Shown here piece after piece: positions 1 to 12,800 of a stretch of DNA of 64,000 nt. The notes under the pieces were generated by a model. That model saw nothing but the letters and a program-made list of their open reading frames with translations, ran no database searches and was not told the DNA's origin. This DNA is from Azolla caroliniana (lineage: Eukaryota; Plantae; Polypodiophyta): assembly GCA_043228905.1 (NCBI GenBank), contig JBHGNT010000016.1, positions 496,001 through 560,000 of the forward strand, read 5' to 3'. The translations under genes were made by a program, and so were the position numbers. How positions within the stretch are numbered: the first letter of the stretch is position 1; every line of letters starts with the position of its first letter.

Positions 1-893
1 TCGCGTCATGAATAGTTTATACACGAAAAAAATGTTAACAATAAACTATGTTTCGGTGCCCACATAAGTGGTTTCGGCTCTTGAAGTCCTATTACGAGGA
101 CCCCGAGGTGCACTTAGACCTTAAGTCTAAACATGTGTTATAGTCATATGTATCAAGGATGTTGTATGGTCTTGGTCATATTTGAACTCGAGACCTCGAG
201 AACAAATACATTAAACACTTGAGCCAACCAAGTAAGTTGGTCTTCTCGAATGTTTAATATTTGATGCGTATAAGAGATATGCGAGGCAATTGATCATATA
301 TGTTTTTTTAAAAGAACATATATGTCAAGGGTCCTTATTTCGCCCTCATTTACCAAAACTATGTTGGTACGTTACCTAACCTCAAGTCTCGTAATTACGA
401 TGGCATACGCCAAAGTGCAACCTAATGGTCAAGCCAAATGAGCCCTCGTTTCGTAGTAGGCTCATGTGGGCCATCACATGGTCACGTCATTACGAATGCC
501 TCTCGTAAGAACGAGCTCATGGTGGCATCGTATCCATGTAACAAGGGAGGGATGTTGGATACGTGCGTCATTGGAGCGACCTCACTTGAAGTGGGTCAAG
601 CCCTACGTACTCAACATCATTATGGCTATTGCGTTTCTTTACGTAACGAAATCGAGGTCATCAACAATAAAAAATTGTTGAAAATGGGATGGTGACAACG
701 CCATTCTCACAAAAATGTGAGGATGGCCACCAACATCCTTTTCCCGACCATGACAACTTTCGATATAATCACGTAATAACGAATATACACATATGTTTAC
801 TTATCACATATATACGATCAAATACGTATATATGTGACCACATATGCCTATATTAAACATATCGTTATATTAAATAGCCACAAATGATGTGAT

Positions 894-1160
894 CGAGATA
901 CGTAATCGAGGTATATACCTCTACGCACACGAAACATCCACAAATAAGAGATCATCGTAATACGCAATGGAGGTATTGACCTCTTACGCATACGAGACCA
1001 AACCCATATCGTTTACAACAAATCAAGGTATTGAACTCATACGCAAACGTAACATATGTTCGTGAACGTAATACGTAATTGAGGTATTAACCTCGTACGC
1101 ATACGACACTCATCACATATTATTAATATGTCAAACGAGGTATTGACCTCGTGCACATAT
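894..1160. repeat. Five-copy hairpin repeat array (core GAGGT-N4-5-ACCTC), 55-62 bp period, dissimilar spacers
   Basis: Cores start at 908, 970, 1025 (AAGGT variant), 1081 and 1137. Flanks CGTAATACG(T/C)AAT and TACGCATACG recur. Confidence 0.75.
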
Positions 1161-1397
1161 GTAAACGTTTTAGATAATCAATTAAAGACCACTACAACAT
1201 CATTGACTTAATGAAAAAGAATTACATATAAATTAAACACATGATTAGATGGGAGAAGAGAGAATAGAAAGAAAAATTCTGGAAAGAGTTACCGAAGTTC
1301 TTTGTTGATCGTTGTTTGGATCAAGGCCAACCGCACAACGATCGATCAGCATCAATCAAAAGACAAATGAAAAACAAAGAAACATTAGTACATAAAA

Positions 1398-1407
1398 TCT
1401 GATACCA
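1398..1407 (-). promoter_or_regulatory. Primer-binding site complementary to tRNA-iMet 3' end
   Basis: Plus strand TCTGATACCA = minus TGGTATCAGA, the canonical plant Met-i PBS. Confidence 0.7.
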
Positions 1408-1409
1408 AA

Positions 1410-1864
1410 TATTATAGATCATAGCACTAATGTAAGCTTAAGATAAGGATAATGAAAAGATAGATAGAAAGGAGAAAGAGAAAGAAGGGTGCCGATCCAC
1501 CCGACCACCCCCGAGCGAAGGGATCGAGACGGACTCGAGCCTCGATCGGCGTCCCATACCACCGCCGTGGCGTCGAGTCGTACCTGGTGCTGGCGCGCTC
1601 GCTACAAGAATTGACCCACCACACGAGCAGAGTCTCGATGTAGTCAAAAGATGATCAAATGAGGGTAGCTAGGCCTCTTATTTATAGCGAAACCCAAGGC
1701 CCCCAGGCAAGTTCACACTTGACCTAATGGGTTGTCTCAATCCCGAGGATTAAAAGTAATCCTCCCCTTCTTTACACTCTCATTTAACCCTCACACTTAT
1801 CCACGTGTATAGAATACTACGGTAAATTCTTACCACAGGATATTATATGGTCATGCCCGTAACA
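1410..1864 (-). repeat. Putative 5' LTR (~455 bp) of degenerate element
   Basis: TGTTA...TA(A/T)TA imperfect terminal inverted repeats, internal TATA box and adjacent PBS. The partner LTR is not in the window, so the boundaries are unverified. Confidence 0.55.
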
Positions 1865-1989
1865 ACAACACATCCCCAAACCAATAATTTGTTGGACTAA
1901 ATCTAAAAATCTACACTCTTCACTAGTCAACACAAAAAACATTACTATAGATCCACACTAACTCCTCTCCATATTTTTATTTTTTTTAA

Positions 1990-2420
1990 ACCACAAGTTT
2001 TATCTCCCTATATTTACCACGTGAGGATCTCCCCCTATCTTCTCCCTCTCTACCTTCACATTTCTTCTCTCTTAACTTTCCCTTTCTCTATCTCTATCTC
2101 CTCCTTCCCTCCCCTTCTCTTTCTCTCTCTACCTTTACCTTTCTCCCTCTCTAAATCATTTCTTTTTCCTCTCTCTCTACCTTTACTTTTCTCCCTCTCT
2201 ACACTCTAAAACTCACCTCTTTTTTCTTTTCCTTTTTTCTCCCTCTCTACCTTTTCTTTTCTCTACGTCTCTCTTCTTTCTTTCTTTCCTTTTTTTTTTC
2301 TTTTCTCTCTCTCTCTCTCTCCCTCTCTCTTTTCTCACCTTTATTCACACTCTCTTCTCATTAGTTAAATTTCTCTCTCTATCTCTCTCTCTCTCTCTCC
2401 TCATTCCCCATAACTATTAA
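1990..2420 (+). repeat. CT-rich polypyrimidine low-complexity tract with (CT)n microsatellites
   Basis: Nearly purine-free plus strand, recurring TCTCTCTACCTTTAC motif, (CT)n runs near 2303-2320 and 2372-2400. Confidence 0.85.
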
Positions 2421-2959
2421 ATTCGTATTCCCCTCGTTTTTCACCCACATCTTTACCTCGTACTAGCCACCATCACACACATATACACACCCCTCCCCTC
2501 ACTTATCATACCCTCCGGTCACCCACTTATCACCATTATTATACCCTCTAGTTACCCACTTATCTCTATCAAACTCATGATACCCACTCCCTCCCTTTAC
2601 AAAATCATATCTTGCCCCCTTATCACTGTGTTACACCACTCCCTCCCATACTCCTCACTTCTTTTCACATTTATCACTCTTGTCCACCACTCATCTTACA
2701 CCCCCCTTACCACAAACCTATATAAACTTACCTTTGTACTCGAAAATGACCTAAGCACTGATGAGCTCCATATATGAGCGAAACTAGTTTGCTACATAGG
2801 TCATATTAATATATATTTGATCAATATATATTTTCTTCTCAAGTGTCTATTGTTTTTATGTTGTGGTTAGTTGTGCTTTCAATAATATATATGCTATTTC
2901 ATTCCCACTAAGTAAAACGTGGCACTCCCCCCTCTTTCCCTTAATCTTTAACCTACCCA

Positions 2960-3479
2960 ATACCCGCAACCCTAAACTAATAACCCTAACACATTATATC
3001 CCCGCCAACCCATACCCTCATCATCATACCTCTCCAAACATATCTCCCCTTACCACTAAAACCCTAAACCTACCAATCCTTAATACCTTTACTTTTGCAC
3101 ACACTACCCTAAACCCTCAGAATATTTTAACCCATATACCCTAAACCCTCAGAACAAACCCATAAACCCTAAGAATAGTTAACCTAATCACACTAGTCGT
3201 AGCCTAAATAAGTATCGTGCCCGCTTTCCTCGTGCAATACATCATATAGTCTACCAAACCCTAAACCCTCAGATATTTTACCCATATGCCCTAAACCCTC
3301 CGAACAAAACCCCAAACCCTTAAGATATTTAACCCAAAAACCTCAGTTAAACCATATACCCGAAACCTTCAAACCCAAACTCTAAATCCTCAAATAATTA
3401 ACCAAATAACACTAATCACAGCCAAAGAAGTATCCTGCCCGCACTCCTCGTATAAGACATTATATAGTCTATTAATATA
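2960..3479 (+). repeat. Degenerate plant telomere-like (CCCTAAA) region with an imperfect tandem duplication
   Basis: Multiple AAACCCTAA/ACCCTAAACCCT motifs. Units ~3105-3253 and ~3255-3471 share CCCTAAACCCTCAG...AAGTATC(G/C)TGCCCGC...ATATAGTCTA. Confidence 0.65.
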
Positions 3480-6400
3480 CAAAATCTTGATTTTTTAATT
3501 CCATATCAGAGCTAGCGTTGTTAGCTTCGATTCGCATGTTTGAACACAAAAATACGATATCACACGAGCCACGTATGAACATTTTAATTTACCTACTAGC
3601 TTTTGTCAACTCCCTCCTCAAATTTGTTAATTTCTTCATGTCTCTCGACCTGAGTTTCAAAATCTTGATTTTTTAATTCCATTTTAGAGCTTGCTTTGTT
3701 AGCTTCGATTCGCATGTTTGAACACAGAAATCCGATATCACACGAGCCAGGTATGAACATTTTAATTTACCTACTAGCGCTTGTCAACTCCCTCCTCAAA
3801 TTTGCTAATTTCTTCATGTCTCTCGACCTGAGTTTCAAAATCTAGATTTTTCAATTCCATATCAGAGCTAGCGTTGTTAGCTTTGATTCTTATGTTTGAA
3901 CACAGAAATCCGATATCACACGAGCCAGGTATGAACATTTTAATTTACCTACTAGCTCTTGTCAACTCCCTCCTCAAATTTGTAAATTTCTTTATGTCTC
4001 TCAACCTGAGTTTCAAAATTTTGATTTTTGAATTCCATATTCGAGCTAGCGTTGTTAGCTTCGATTCGCATGTTTGAACACAGAAATCCGATATCACACA
4101 AGCCAGGTATGAACATTTTAATTTACCTACTAGCGCTTGTCAACTCCCTCCTCAAATTTGCTAATTTCTTCATGTCTCTCGACCTGAGTTTCAAAATCTT
4201 GATTTTGTAATTCCATATCAGAGCTAGCGTTGTTAGCTTTGATTCGTATGTTTGAACACAGAAATCCGATATCACACGAGCCAGGTATGAACATTTTAAT
4301 TTACCTACTAGCTCTTGTCAACTCCCTCCTCAAATTTGTTAATTTCTTCATGTCTCTTGACCTGAGTTTCAAAATCTTGGTTTTTTAATTCCATTTTAGA
4401 GCTAGCTTTGTTAGCTTCGATTCGCATGTTTGAACACAGAAATCCGATATCACACGAGCCAAGTATGAACATTTTAATTTACCTACTAGCGCTTGTCAAC
4501 TCCCTCCTCAAATTTGCTAATTTCTTCATGTCTCTCGACCTGAGTTTCAAAATCTTGATTTTTCAATACCATATCAGAGCTCGCGATGCTAGCTTCGATT
4601 CGCATGTTTGAACACAAAAATCCGATATCATACGGGCCAGGTATGAACATTTTAATTTACTTACAAGCTCTTCTAAACTCCCTCCTCTAATTTGCTAATT
4701 TCTTCATGTCTCTCGACCTGAGTTTCAAAATCTTGATTTTTCAATTCCATAACAGAGCTAGCGTTGTTAGCTTTGATTCGTATGTTTAAATACAGAAATC
4801 TGATATCACACGAGCCAGGTATGAACATTTTAATTTACCTACTAGCTCTTGTCAATTCCCTCCTCAAATTTGTTAATTTCTTCATGTCTCTCGACCTGAG
4901 TTTCAAAATCTTGATTTTTGAATTCCATATCAGAGCTAGCTTTGTTAGCTTCGATTCGCATGTTTGAACACAGAAATCCGATATCACGGGAGCCAGGTAT
5001 GAACATTTTAATTTACCTACTAGCGCTTGTCAACTCCCTCCTCAAATTTGCTAATTTCTTCATGTCTCTCGACCTGAGTTGCAAAATGTTGATTTTTCAA
5101 TTCCATATCAGAGCTAGCGTTGTTAGCTTCGATTCGCATGTTTGAACACAAAAATCCGATATCATACGGGCCAGGTATGAACATTTTAATTTACTTACCA
5201 GCTCTTCTAAACTCCCTCCTCAAGTTTGCTAATTTTGTTCATATCTCTCGACCTGAGTTTCAAAATCTTGATTTTTTAATTCCATATCATATCAAGCATT
5301 GCTAGCTTCGATTCGCATGTTTGAACACAAAAATCTGATATCACACGAGCCAGGTATGAACATTTTAAATCCCTCCTCAAAATCGCTAATTTCTTCATGT
5401 CTCTCAACCTGAGTTTCAAAATCTTGATTTTTTAATTCCATATCAGAACTAGCGTTGTTAGCTTCGATTCGCATGTTTGAACACAGAAATCCGATATCAC
5501 ACGAGCCAGGTATGAACATTTTAATTTACATACTTGCTCTTGTCAACTCCCTCCTCAAATTTGCTAATTTCTTCATGTCCCTCGACTTGAGTTTCAAAAT
5601 CTTGATTTTTCAATTCCATATAAGAGCTAGCGTTGTTAGCTTTGATTCGTATGTTTAAACACAGAAATCCGATATCACACGAGCCAGGTATGAGCATTTT
5701 AATTTACCTACTAGCTCTTGTCAACTCCCTCCTCAAATTAGCTAATTTCTTCATGTCTCTCGACCTGAGTTTCAAAATCTTGATTTTTTAATTCCATATC
5801 AGAGCTAGCGTTGTTAGCTTCGATTCGCATGTTTGAACACAAAAATACGATATCACACGAGCCACGTATGAACATTTTAATTTACCTACTAGCTCTTGTC
5901 AACTCCCTCCTCAAATTTGTTAATTTCTTCATGTCTCTCGACCTAAGTTTCAAAATCTTAATTTTTTAATTCCATTTTAGAGCTAGCTTTGTTAGCTTCG
6001 ATTCGCATGTTTGAACACAGAAATCCGATATCACACGAGCCAGGTATGAACATTTTAATTTACCTACTAGCGCTTGTCAACTCCCTCCTCAAATTTGCTA
6101 ATTTCTTCATGTCTCTCGACCTAAGTTTCAAAATCTAGATTTTTCAATTCCATATCAGAGCTAGCGCTGTTAGCTTTGATTCTTATGTTTGAACACAGAA
6201 ATCCGATATCACACGAGCCAGGTATGAACATTTTAATTTACCTACTAGCTCTTGTCAACTCCCTCCTCAAATTTGTTAATTTCTTCATGTCTCTCGACCT
6301 GAGTGTCAAAATTTTGATTTTTGAATTCCATATTCGAGCTAGCGTTGTTAGCTTCGATTCGCATGTTTGAACACAGAAATCCGATATCACGGGAGCCAGG

Positions 6401-7918
6401 TATGAACATTTTAATTTACCTACTAGCGCTTGTCAACTCCCTCCTCAAATTTGCTAATTTCTTCATGTCTCTCGACCTGAGTTTCAAAATCTTGATTTTT
6501 TAATTCCATATCAGAGCTAGCGTTGTTAGCTTTGATTCGTATGTTGAAACACAGAAATCCGATATCACACGAGCCAGGTATGAACATTTTAATTTACCTA
6601 CTAGCTCTTGTCAACTCCCTCCTCAAATTTGTTAATTTCTTCATGTCTCTAGACCTGAGTTTCAAAATCTTGATTTTTTAATTCCATTTTAGAGCTAGCT
6701 TTGTTAGCTTCGATTCGCATGTTTGAACACAGAAATCCGATATCACACGAGCCAGGTATGAACATTTTAATTTACCTACTAGCGCTTGTCAACTCCCTCC
6801 ACAAATTTGCTAATTTCTTCATGTCTCTCGACCTGAGTTTCAAAATCTTGATTTTTCAATTCCATATCAGAGCTAGCGTTGTTAGCTTCGATTCGCATGT
6901 TTGAACACAAAAATCCGATATCATACGGGTCAGGTATGAACATTTTAATTAACTTACAAGCTCTTCTCAACTCCCTCCTCAAATTTGCTAATTTCTTCAT
7001 GTCTCTCGACCTGAGTTGCAAAATGTTGATTTTTCAAATCCATATCAGAGCTAGCGTTGTTAGCTTCGATTCGCATGTTTGAACACAAAAATCCGATATC
7101 ATACGGGCCAGGTATGAACATTTTAATTTACTTACAAGCTCTTATAAACTCCCTACTCAAATTGGCTAATTTCTTCATGTCTCTCGACCTGAGTTTCAAA
7201 ATCTTGATTTTTCAATTCCATAACAGAGCTAGCGTTGTTAGCTTTGATTCGTATGTTTGAATATAGAAATCTGATATCACACGAGCCAGGTATGAACATT
7301 TTAATTTACCTACTAGCTCTTGTCAACTCCCTCCTCAAATTTGTTAATTTCTTCATGTCTCTCGACCTGAGTTTCAAAATCTTGATTTTTGAATTCCATA
7401 TCAGAGCTAGTGTTGTTAGCTTCGATTCGCATGTTTGAACACAAAAATCCGATATCACACGAACAAGTTATGAACGTTTTCATTTACTCACGCGCTCTTG
7501 ACCACTTCCTCCTTAAGTTTGTTATTTTCTTCGTTTCTCTCGACCTGAGTTTCAAAATCTTGATTTTTCAATTCCATATCATAGCAAGCGTTGTTTGCTT
7601 CGATTTGCATATTTGAACAAAAATATCCGATATCACACGAGCCAGGTATGAACATTTTAATTTACTGAAGGGCTCTTCTCAACTCCCTCGTGAAGTTTGC
7701 TAATTTTGTCATGTCTCTTGACCTGATTTTTAAAATCTTGATTTTTGAATTCCATATCAGAAGTAGCGTTATTAGCTTCGATTCGCATGTTTGAACACAA
7801 AAATCCGATATCACATGAGCCAGGTATGAACATTTTAATGTACCTACTAGCTCTTGTCAACTCCCTCCTCAAATTTGCTAATTTCTTTATGTCTCTCGAC
7901 CTGAATTTCAAAATTTTG

Positions 7919-9414
7919 GAATTAAAAAATCAAGATTTTGAAACTCAGGTCGAGAGGGATGAAGAAATTAGCAGATTTGAGAAGGGAGTTGACAAGAGTC
8001 CTTGAGTAAATTAAAATGTTCATAACTGGCTCGTGTGATATCAGATTTTTTTGTTCAAACATGCGAATCGAAGCTAACAACTCTAGCTATGACATGGAAT
8101 TAAAAAATCAAGATTTTGAAATTCAGGTCGAGAGACATGAAGAAATTAGCAAATTTGAAAAGAGAGTGGTGAAGAGCCCGTGAGTAAATTAAAATGTTCA
8201 TACCTGGCTTGTTTGATTCCGGATTTCTGTGTTGAAAAATTAGAATCGAAGCTAACAACATTAGTTAATTCCATATCATTGAAAAATTATAATTTTGAAA
8301 ATTAGGTCGAGAGACATGACGAAATTAGCAATTTTGAGGAGGAAGTGGAGAAGAACCCGTGAGTAAATTAAAATGTTTATACCTGGCTCGTGTGATATGG
8401 GATTTCTGTGTTCAAACATGCGAATCGAAGCTAAAAACGCTAGCTATGATATGGAATTATAAAATCAAGATTTTGAAACTCAGGTCAAGAGACATGTAGA
8501 AATTAGCAAATTTTAGGAGGGAATTGAGAAGAGCCCGTGAGTAAATGAAAATGTTCATACCTGACTCGTGTGATATCGGATTTCTGTGTTGAAAGATGGT
8601 ATCGAAGCTAATAATGCTAGCTATGATATTGAATTGAAAAATTATAATTTTGAAACTTAGGTCGAGAGACATGACGAAATTAGCAAATTTGAGGAGGAGG
8701 TGGAGAAGAGCACGAGAGTAAATTAAAATGTTCATACCTGGCTCGTGTCATATCAGATTTTTGTGTTCAAATATGCGTATCGAAGCTAATAACGCTAGCT
8801 ATGATATTGAATTGAAAAATTATAATTTTAAAACTCAGGTCGAGAGACATGAAGAAATTAGCAAATTTGAGGAGGGAGATGAGAAGAACCCGTGAGTAAA
8901 TTAAAATGTTCATACCTGGCTCGTGTGATATCGGATTTTTGTTGTCAAACATGCGAATCAAAGCTAAAAACGCTAGCTATAATATGGAATTAGAAAATCA
9001 AGATTTTGAAACTCAGGTCGAGAGACATGAAGATATTAGCAAATTTGAGGAGGGACTTGAGAAGAGCTCGTTCATAAATGAGAGTATTCATACGTGGCTC
9101 ATGTGATATCGGATTTTTGTGTTCAAACATGCAAATCGAAGCTAACAACGCTAGCTATGACATGGAATTAAAAAATCAAGATTTTGAAACTCAGGTCGAG
9201 AGGCATGAAGAAATTAGCAGATTTGAGGAGGGAGTTGAGAAGAGTCCTTGAGTAAATTAAAATGTTCATAACTGGTTCGTGTGATATCGGATTTTTGTGT
9301 TCAAACACGCGAATCGAAGCTAACAACGCTAGCTATGAAATGGAATTAAAAAATCAAGATTTTGAAATTCAGGTCGAGAGACATGAATAAATTACCAAAT
9401 TTGAGGAGTGAGTT
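7919..9414 (-). repeat. Inverted block of the satellite (~8 monomers)
   Basis: Sequence reads GTTCAAACATGCGAATCGAAGCTAA, the reverse complement of the core, between junctions at ~7918 and ~9414. Confidence 0.95.
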
Positions 9415-9880
9415 TAATTTACTCACGGGCTCTTCTCAACTCCCTCCTGAAATCTGGTAATTTATTCATGTCTCTCGACCTGAGTTTTAAAATTTTGATT
9501 TCTCACTTCAATATCATAGCTAGTGTTGTTACCTTCCATTGGCATGTTTGAACACAAAAATATAATATCACATGAGCTAGGTATCAACATTTTAATTTAC
9601 TCACGAGCTCTTCTCAACTCCCTCCTTAAATTTGCTAATTTCTTCATGTCTCTCGACTGGAGTTTCAAAATCTTGATTATTAATTCCATATCATTGCTAC
9701 CGTTGTTAGCTTCGTTTTGCATGTTTGAACACAAACATCCGATATCACACGAACAAGTTATGAACGTTTTCATTTACTCACGCGCTCTTGACCACTTCCT
9801 CCTCAAGTTTGCTATTTTCTTCGTGTCTCTCAATCTGAGTTTCAAAATCTTGGTTTTTTAATTCCATATCATAGCTAGTT

Positions 9881-12800
9881 TTGTCTACGCCTTCGTAGAG
9901 TTTACTTTTTTCTTAATTTCTCTCAACATGAGTTTCAAAATCATGAAATTTCAATAACATATTATAGAGTGTGTCATTAGCTTTGATTTGCATGTCTGAA
10001 CACAAAAATCCGATATCACACGAGCCATCTATGAAGATTTTCATGTAGTCACGTGTTGTTGTTTACGCCTACCTCGAATTTGACTTTTTTCTTCATGTCT
10101 CTTGACGTGAGTTTAAAAATCATGAAATTTCAATTCCATATTATAGACTGTGTCATCAGCTTCGATTCGCACGTCTGAACAGAAAAATCCGATATCACAC
10201 TAGCCATGTATGAAGATTTTCATTGAGTCACATGCTCTTGTCTACGCCTTCCTCGACTTTGCTTTTCTCTTAATGTCTCTTGAATTGAGTTTCAAAATTG
10301 TAAAATTTCAATTTCATGTAATAGAGTGTTTCAATAGCTTCAATTCGCATGTCTAAACACAAAAATCCGATATCACATGAGCCATCTATGAAGATTTTCA
10401 TGTAGTCACCTGCTCTTGTGTACGCCTACCTCGACTTTGCTTTCTTATTCATGTCTCTCGACCTGAGTTTCAAAATCTTCATTTTTAGATTCCATAGTTG
10501 GCTTTTTTTCGTATCCCTCGAACTGAATTTCAAAATCATGATTTTCCAGTTCCATATTATAGAGTGTGTCATTAGCTTCTATTTGCATGTCTGAACAAAA
10601 AAATCCGATATCACACGAGCCATCTATGAAGATTTTCATGTGGCCACGTGCTCTTGTCTGCGCCTTCCTCAACTTTGCCTTTTCTTTTCATGTCTGTCGA
10701 TGTGAGTTTAAAAAGCATGATTTTTCAATTCCATATTAAAGAGTGTGTGATTAGCTACGATTCACATCTTTGAACACAAAAATCCAATATCACACGAGCT
10801 ATATATGAAGATTTTCATCTAGTCACGTGCTCTTCTCTACGCCTTCCTTGACTTTGCTTTTTTCTTCATGTCTCTCGACGTGAGTTTCAAAATCTTGAAA
10901 TTTTAATTCCATATTATAGAGTTTGTCACTAGGTTCGATTCGCATGTCTGAACACAAAAATCTGATATCACACGAGCCATCTGTGAAGATTTTCATTGAG
11001 TCACGTGCTCTTGTTTACGCCTTCCTCGAGTTTGCTTTTTTCTTCATGTCGCTTGACGTGTGTTTCAAAATCATGATTTTTCAAGTCCATATTATAGAGT
11101 GTGTCGTTAGCTATGATTCACATCTTTCAACACAAAAATCTGATATCACACGAGCCATCAATGAAGGTTGGCTTTTCTCTTCATGTCCCTCGACCTGAGT
11201 TTCAAAATCATTACTTTTCAATTACATATTATAGAGTGCGTCGTTAGCTTCGAATTACATGTTTGAACAGAAAAATTCTATATCACACCAGCCATCCATG
11301 AAGATTTTTATTTAGTCACATGGGCTTATGTACGGCTTCCTCCACATTGCCTTTTTGTTCATGTCTCTCGACGTGAGTTTCAAAATTATTACTTTTCAAT
11401 TCCATATTATAGAGCGCGTCGTTAGCTTCAAATTGCATGTTTTAAAAGAAAAATCCGATATCACACGAGCCATATATGAATATTTTTATTTAGTCACATG
11501 CTCTTTTCTACGGCTTCCTCAACATTACCTTTTTCTTCATGTCTCTCGACGTGAGTTTCAAAATCATTACTTTTAAATTCCATATTATAGAGTGCTTTGT
11601 TAGCTACGATTCGCATCTTTGAACACAAAAATCCGATATCACACGAGACATCTATGAAGATTTCCATTTAGTCAAATGCTCTTGTCTACGCCTTCCTCAA
11701 CTTTGCCTTTTTCATCATGTCGCTCGACGTGAGTTTTAAAGTCATGGTTTTTCAGTTGCATAGTATAGAGTGCCTCGTTAGCTTCGATTCGCATGTCTGA
11801 ACACAAAAATCTAATATCACACGAGATATCTATGAAGATTTTCATTTCGTCACGTGGTCTTGTCTACGCCTTCCTCAACGTTGCCTTTCTCTTCATGTCT
11901 CTCGACCTGAGTTTCAAAATCATGTTTTTTAATTTCCATATTATACTATGCGCCGCTAGCTTCGATTCACATGTTTGAACACAAAAATCTAATATCACAG
12001 GAGCCATCTATGACTATTTTCATTTACTGACGACCTCTTGTGTCGACCTCAGTTTCAAAATCATGATTTTTCAATTCCATATTATACTGTGCGTCGTTAC
12101 CTTCGATTTGCATCTTTTAACAATATCACACGAGTCATCAATATCAGATTTTGATTCATTTATGTGCTCTTGTCTACGCTTTCCTCAAGTTTGTATTTTT
12201 CTTCATGTCTCTCGACCTGAGTTTCAAAATCATGATTTTTCAATTCCATATTATACTATGTGTCGTTAGCTTCGATTCACATTTTTGAACACAAAAATCT
12301 GATATCACAGGAGCCATCTATAACTATTTTCATTTACTGGGGAGCTCTTGTCTACGCATTCGTTAACATTTCTTTTCTCTTCATGTCTCTCGATGTGATT
12401 TTCAAAATCATGGTTTTTCAATTCCATATTATACACTGCTTCGTTAGCTTTGATTCGCAAGTCTAAACACAAAAATCTGATATCATACGAGCCATCTATG
12501 AAGAATTTTATTTAGTTACGTGGTCTTGTCTATGTCTTCCTCAAGGTTGGCTTTTTCTTCATGTCTCTCGACCTGACTTTCAAAATCATTACTTTTCAAT
12601 TCCATATTATAGAGTGCGTTGTTAGCTTCGAATTGCAAGTTTGAACATAAAAATCCGATATGACACGAGCTATCTATGAAGATTTTATTTAGGCACGTGG
12701 TCTTGTCTACGTCTTCCTCAAGGTTAGCAGTTAATTCATGTCTCTCGACTTGAGATTCAAAAACATTACTTTTCAATTCCATATTATACAATGCGTCGTT

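Larger units (their letters stand above)
1..1864 (-). mobile_element. Degenerate LTR retrotransposon 5' end (LTR + PBS + non-coding leader), truncated by window edge
   Basis: Minus strand reads TGTTACGGG from 1864, has a TATA box CTATAAATA (1687-1679), ends ...TATAATA at 1410 (TAACA with one change) and is followed after 2 nt by TGGTATCAGA. No coding domain is recognisable in 1-1397. Confidence 0.6.

Noticed and set aside
894-1160. True CRISPR array
   Set aside because: Eukaryotic context, degenerate repeats, short uneven spacers and no cas genes; kept only as a structural finding.
438-3144. Short ORFs in the first 3.2 kb
   Set aside because: Low-complexity or LTR/leader-derived, with no domain motifs or gene structure evidence.
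3504-3535. PBS-like TATCAGAGC and B-box-like CTTCGATTCG in the monomer, suggesting tRNA or retroelement origin
   Set aside because: Short matches lacking the TGG and the invariant B-box G, with no A box at proper spacing; chance similarity cannot be excluded.
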